Assembly: GCA_963736115.1 (NCBI GenBank)
Contig: CAVTNR010000012.1
Coordinates: forward strand, 224,001-288,000
Reading direction: 5' to 3'
Length of the DNA stretch: 64,000 bases
From: an uncultured bacterium
Lineage (GTDB): Bacteria; Zhuqueibacterota; QNDG01; DTFT01
The translations under genes and the position numbers were made by a program. Below are positions 60,092-64,000 of this stretch, piece after piece (positions within the stretch are counted from its first letter, which is position 1; each line of letters begins with the position of its first letter). The notes under the pieces were generated by a model. It was not told the DNA's origin, made no database searches, and saw only the letters and a program-made list of their open reading frames with translations.

Positions 60092-62386
60092 CTAATACCG
60101 GACCTCTATCGTTTTCACCTCGCCCGGCTTGAGCGTCAGTTTCCCCGAATAAGCCGGTTTTCCGGAAGCGTCCGGCTGGTAGCGGATCCCGGTCTCCGCA
60201 GCGGACAAAGATGGATTGAAAACGAAAATCATGCCGTGTTTCCCGGATCGGAGCGCCGTGGCCCAGAGTCCGGAGCCGGACAGGTTCAGAACGCGCCTGC
60301 CGCCCAGCGACTCGAGCAATGATTCGGTCATTCGTCTTCTGGCCTGTTCCGCGTCACCGTCCGCATCTTCCCATGAAACCCCGAGAAACACGGCTTCCCC
60401 GTTCCCCGCCGTTTTCTTCCGCCAGCCGACCGCCTTGCCTGAAGGTGTCTCGAACGCCAGCGTTTCAGCCCCCCGCGGCGTCGATCTCGTGTTGAACAAG
60501 GCTCCGGCCGGAATTCCCGAATCCTCCCCGAACCGGAAAACAGCGTCCTTCGTTTTCAACGTCTGAACCGCCGACGCGCCGAGGAAACCCGCCAGTTCCG
60601 TGCAGGGATTGAACCGCTCGTCCATGGACGGCAGAACAGGCGTGATGAGAATCCGCCCCCCTTTTTTCAGGAAATCCACGAGCCGGAACTGATTCGCGAG
60701 GGACATGCAGGACGAAGAAATCACGAGAAGCGGCCTGGAAACATCCGCCGTGAAACCATCGTCATTCAGCTCGATGAAAGCCGGAGACCAGCCCGCCCGC
60801 CACAAGGTCGGTAGCAGTCCGCGCTTCAGAAACGCTCCCGCCTCAGCGGCCGTGAAAACCGTCCTTCCTTTTAAGCCATAGGACAGGGCGTTCACGGGCT
60901 CGTTGAAATCGAATGCGATCAGGCAGTCCGCTTCGCGCTCCGCCTCCGCAAGCCAGGCATTTTTACGCAGGAAAGCGTGGAGTTCCTTGAGAGCCGGAAC
61001 AGCCGGGCCCGATTTTCCTTTGATGTCCAGAACCGCAGGTCCGGATCCGGAGTTTGTCTTTTCCGGCGCCAATTCTGCAGACAGAACAGCCTCCGTGAAA
61101 CGGTTATAGGCCAGACCTTTCAAGCCGGCCGCAACGTGCATCAGACTCATACTCCTCAATCCGTCCGGATGATCATACAGGGCCGGCATCCCGAACGCAA
61201 CCGCTGGCGCTCCCATGAGACGCAGGTTTTCCAGGGACAGAAAAGCTTCAGCGAAGTACTGCAAAACCGGACCATTACCGGATTCCGTTTCCTCGCCGGA
61301 CGTGGAACCCAGGCCGGAATGATCAACTCCGGGAAGCAGGGACTTGAGCCCCATGCGGTCCGCGGCAATGGACAGAAGCCCGGCCGTTCCGGGGCCGCCT
61401 GAAATGCATGTCAGGGGCACTTCGATGCCGGCCTGCCGGAGCGCCTTGGCCAGGGTCTGGAGGTATTCGGCGGCATTCTCGAGCGTGAATTCGACGTAAT
61501 CCCTGCGCCTGCGGCGCTCGAATTCATCCGATCCACCGTCCGGATCCGGCGGCCGGGTCTGCTGGAAGGATGTGTACTGGGTGCCGTATTCATAATTAAT
61601 TTTCTCGATCGTCTGATACCGGGACCACAGATAATGCGAATACCGGCCGTCCCTTTTTCCGAACCCCATCGTGGCGGCGCTGAAATCCGCGTCTTCGAAC
61701 GTGTCGGGAATGCCGGGCGCGGGCCCGTCGAGCTGAACAAAGGCGACCGGACCGCCGCGCGCCAGCGTGTGTTTCGCGATCACGCGGCCAGCCTGCTCCA
61801 TCCAGGATGCCGCGGCTTCGAGATAGTCCGGATGGAGTATGGACGCGCTTCCCGGCCCGCGGTCCGCTCCGCCTCTGGCTCTGGACCTGAGATCCGTTTT
61901 CTTTTCCGCCAGCCAGTCGGGCAGACCGTTGTATTTCAGTTCCGGTCCCAGCATCGGTCCCGGCCGGAGGATGACGTACAGGTCCTTCTCCTTCGCCGCT
62001 TTCAGGAAACCCTCGACGTCGCGGACCTCGTCCTTTTTGGATCCGAAATCGAACCGGCCCTGTTCCGGTTCGTGCAGGCGCCACGGCATCCGCACCCAGA
62101 GGCAGTTGATTCCCGCGGATTTCATGGCGGACATGCGTGATTTCCACTGCTTTCGCGGGACAGCGAAATAATCCAGCTCTCCGGCGACGGGGACAAACGG
62201 GTTTCCGCCGACCCGCAGGCAGGTCTTGTCGATCTGGATCGGATTCGGCGGAACCGGCTCGGTCGCCGGAACGGGACGGCTTTGGGCCCGTATTCCTCCG
62301 GGGGAAAAGAACAGGAATCCGAAGAGTGGGATCATTAAAGCAAATCGAAATCGCATGCGGGAATTCTCCTGATGACGGCACTTCAT
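60092..62386 (-). CDS. GH35/GH42-like beta-galactosidase homolog, apparently lacking catalytic residues
   Basis: MKSAGIN, PWRLHEPEQGRFDF, YVILRPGP, GLPDWL, GGPVAFVQLD; signal peptide. Confidence 0.78.
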   Translation of the reverse strand: MKCRHQENSRMRFRFALMIPLFGFLFFSPGGIRAQSRPVPATEPVPPNPIQIDKTCLRVGGNPFVPVAGELDYFAVPRKQWKSRMSAMKSAGINCLWVRMPWRLHEPEQGRFDFGSKKDEVRDVEGFLKAAKEKDLYVILRPGPMLGPELKYNGLPDWLAEKKTDLRSRARGGADRGPGSASILHPDYLEAAASWMEQAGRVIAKHTLARGGPVAFVQLDGPAPGIPDTFEDADFSAATMGFGKRDGRYSHYLWSRYQTIEKINYEYGTQYTSFQQTRPPDPDGGSDEFERRRRRDYVEFTLENAAEYLQTLAKALRQAGIEVPLTCISGGPGTAGLLSIAADRMGLKSLLPGVDHSGLGSTSGEETESGNGPVLQYFAEAFLSLENLRLMGAPAVAFGMPALYDHPDGLRSMSLMHVAAGLKGLAYNRFTEAVLSAELAPEKTNSGSGPAVLDIKGKSGPAVPALKELHAFLRKNAWLAEAEREADCLIAFDFNEPVNALSYGLKGRTVFTAAEAGAFLKRGLLPTLWRAGWSPAFIELNDDGFTADVSRPLLVISSSCMSLANQFRLVDFLKKGGRILITPVLPSMDERFNPCTELAGFLGASAVQTLKTKDAVFRFGEDSGIPAGALFNTRSTPRGAETLAFETPSGKAVGWRKKTAGNGEAVFLGVSWEDADGDAEQARRRMTESLLESLGGRRVLNLSGSGLWATALRSGKHGMIFVFNPSLSAAETGIRYQPDASGKPAYSGKLTLKPGEVKTIEVRY

Positions 62387-62450
62387 CTCTCCGCGGAACG
62401 GAGGAGCACAGGAATAAAATACAGGATAAACCTGTCCGAATCAACCTAAA

Positions 62451-62489
62451 AAAAACCTCCCGGAGGCTCCGAGCCTCCGGGAGGTTTTT
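62451..62489 (-). terminator. Bidirectional-type terminator after the OMP gene (ACCTCCCGG family)
   Basis: AAAAACCTCCCGGAGGCT-CCG-AGCCTCCGGGAGGTTTTT with a longer A/T run on the left. Confidence 0.8.
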
Positions 62490-62512
62490 ATAAAATCGTT
62501 TCCGGATTCCGG

Positions 62513-63157
62513 TTACTGCAGGTAAATCGCGATCGTGAACAGACCCGAGGACCCGATGCCGATGTTCGTCGAGCTCGCGGACATCTTGTCCCACTCGTCT
62601 GCTCCGCCGCCCTTGGCTTTGTTCTCCTGCGAACCCTTGGTGAAGGACAGGCGGTACTCGCCGGCCAGGGAGATGTTCTTCTTGACGAACCATTCCACGC
62701 CGAGAATGCCCCTGAGCGTGAGACCAGAGATGGACGACTTGGTTTCGTTCGGATCGTCGTCTTCCATGTGGCCGGACTCGGTGCTCTCGCTCTGCTTCAA
62801 GAATCCCGCGCCTCCGCCGACATAAGGAGTGATGTTGTTCTTGTTCAGATGCTTGATCACATCGAACATGACGCCGAAGGATGAAGCGCTTTCCTTTTCG
62901 CCGACGTAATCGTCGATGTCCGGGTCCTGCTCGGAGCTGGACATGCCGAACAGCAGGCAGGGGCGGTAAGCCATGGTGCCGGCCGCGTTGAATATCTTGG
63001 CGCCGATGCCGGTCGCGGGGCCCGCGTTGTAATTATACAAACCCAGGTCGGCCAGGCCGCCGAATGTGAACAGAATGGCCCGGTTGTTCGTGCGCAGATC
63101 CTGCGCGCCCACCGCGACGGCCAGAACCAGCATCGCGACCACCAGAATTTTCTTCAT
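62513..63157 (-). CDS. Outer-membrane beta-barrel protein
   Basis: Signal peptide, PYVGGGAG, GVEWF...ISLAGEY, aromatic C-terminal strand; GAGGAGG RBS. Confidence 0.82.
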   Translation of the reverse strand: MKKILVVAMLVLAVAVGAQDLRTNNRAILFTFGGLADLGLYNYNAGPATGIGAKIFNAAGTMAYRPCLLFGMSSSEQDPDIDDYVGEKESASSFGVMFDVIKHLNKNNITPYVGGGAGFLKQSESTESGHMEDDDPNETKSSISGLTLRGILGVEWFVKKNISLAGEYRLSFTKGSQENKAKGGGADEWDKMSASSTNIGIGSSGLFTIAIYLQ

Positions 63158-63219
63158 GCGTCCGCCTCCTCGTTTGGTCTCTTCCCGATTCGGATTCCGG
63201 ATCCGGAATCCATTTTCAA

Positions 63220-63248
63220 AATATATCCTTTTTATGGGAATATGTCAA
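63220..63248 (-). promoter_or_regulatory. sigma70-type promoter of the OMP gene
   Basis: TTGACA-17 nt-TATATT. Confidence 0.75.
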
Positions 63249-63319
63249 CCCCGAATCTGTCAGCGAACGTATTTCCCGCTGCTCGGAACGTCGGGGAGCT
63301 TCAATTCCGTTTTTGTCCG

Positions 63320-64000
63320 TCACACCGCGGCCGTATCTCCGCCCGCCGACCGTACCGCCGCCTCCAGCTCCGCCTGGGCCGTCTCCCAGGCCGCGAACAG
63401 ATCCTGCAATTCTCTTTCAACCACGGCATGGTCCACCTGGAGCTGTCCGATCAGCGCCTTCCCCGCGTAGGTTTCCGGATCCGCCATGCGGGCCTCGAGG
63501 CCGGCCTTGCGTTTCTCCGCTTCCGCGATCTTTTCTTCCAGCCTGCGCACGGCCGTTTCAAAGGGTTTCTTCAACCGGTTCAGCGCGTCCCGAGCCTCGG
63601 CCTCCGCGCGCCGCTGTTCCTTCGTCCGTTTGCCGCCGGTCGAGGAACCGGCTCCCGCGGTTTCCTGCCGCTCAGCCGTTCCCTTCTTCGTGACGGCCGG
63701 CGCCGGGTTCCCCTCCGTTTCCCCGGCCGCTGCATCCTCCAGCCTCCGGTCCAGGTAATCGCCGTAATTTCCCTCGTACTCCTTCAGCCCGCGGTTCCGG
63801 ACCTCGATGACGCGGCCCACCAGTTTGGTCAGGAAATACCGGTCATGCGAGATCAGGAGCAGGGTGCCGTCGTATTCCCGGAGGGCCTGTTCCAGCGCCT
63901 CCTTGGAGACCATGTCCAGGTGGTTGGTCGGCTCGTCCATGATCAGAAAATTCGACTCGGACAGCAGAATTTTCGCCAGGGACACCCGGGCCTTTTCCCC
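63320..64000 (-). CDS. ABC-F family ATP-binding protein (3' part; runs off the window)
   Basis: LIMDEPTNHLD, LLISHDRYFL, YEGNY, C-terminal coiled coil. Confidence 0.9.
   Translation of the reverse strand, partial: GEKARVSLAKILLSESNFLIMDEPTNHLDMVSKEALEQALREYDGTLLLISHDRYFLTKLVGRVIEVRNRGLKEYEGNYGDYLDRRLEDAAAGETEGNPAPAVTKKGTAERQETAGAGSSTGGKRTKEQRRAEAEARDALNRLKKPFETAVRRLEEKIAEAEKRKAGLEARMADPETYAGKALIGQLQVDHAVVERELQDLFAAWETAQAELEAAVRSAGGDTAAV

Overview
A GC-rich, gene-dense chromosomal window. It probably comes from an FCB-superphylum bacterium of the KSB1/Calditrichota type; this is inferred from the T9SS-like 'YPNPFN' C-terminal domains, DUF2723, DUF5916 and E. coli-like TTGAC-N17-TA promoters. 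Housekeeping and metabolic genes include purE, recG, valS, menA, lnt, a pgsA-like gene, an Rrf2-metY-cysK-metX-metW operon, mntH, kdgK and a partial ABC-F gene. Glycan-use genes include GH115, GH8, DUF5916, a GPH-family MFS transporter, a TonB-dependent receptor, two beta-helix proteins and a GH35-like protein. There is also a BlaI/BlaR1-M23 module. No rRNA, tRNA, CRISPR array, integrase or transposase was recognised. The best unexplained signal lies in the AT-rich valS-menA gap: a perfect sigma54 promoter, then an ORF-less ~74-nt unit carrying an unpaired copy of the 16S anti-Shine-Dalgarno sequence, then an intrinsic terminator. This is a candidate sigma54-dependent anti-SD sRNA with upstream enhancer-like sites. 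Other points of note: several families of nested REP-like palindromes and heptamer repeats, an unexplained ~48-bp dispersed motif in four copies, a second BlaI operator upstream of an esterase, a GH35 protein lacking its catalytic glutamates, and four frameshifts confined to three secreted or outer-membrane genes. All protein calls come from motif recognition; no database search was run.
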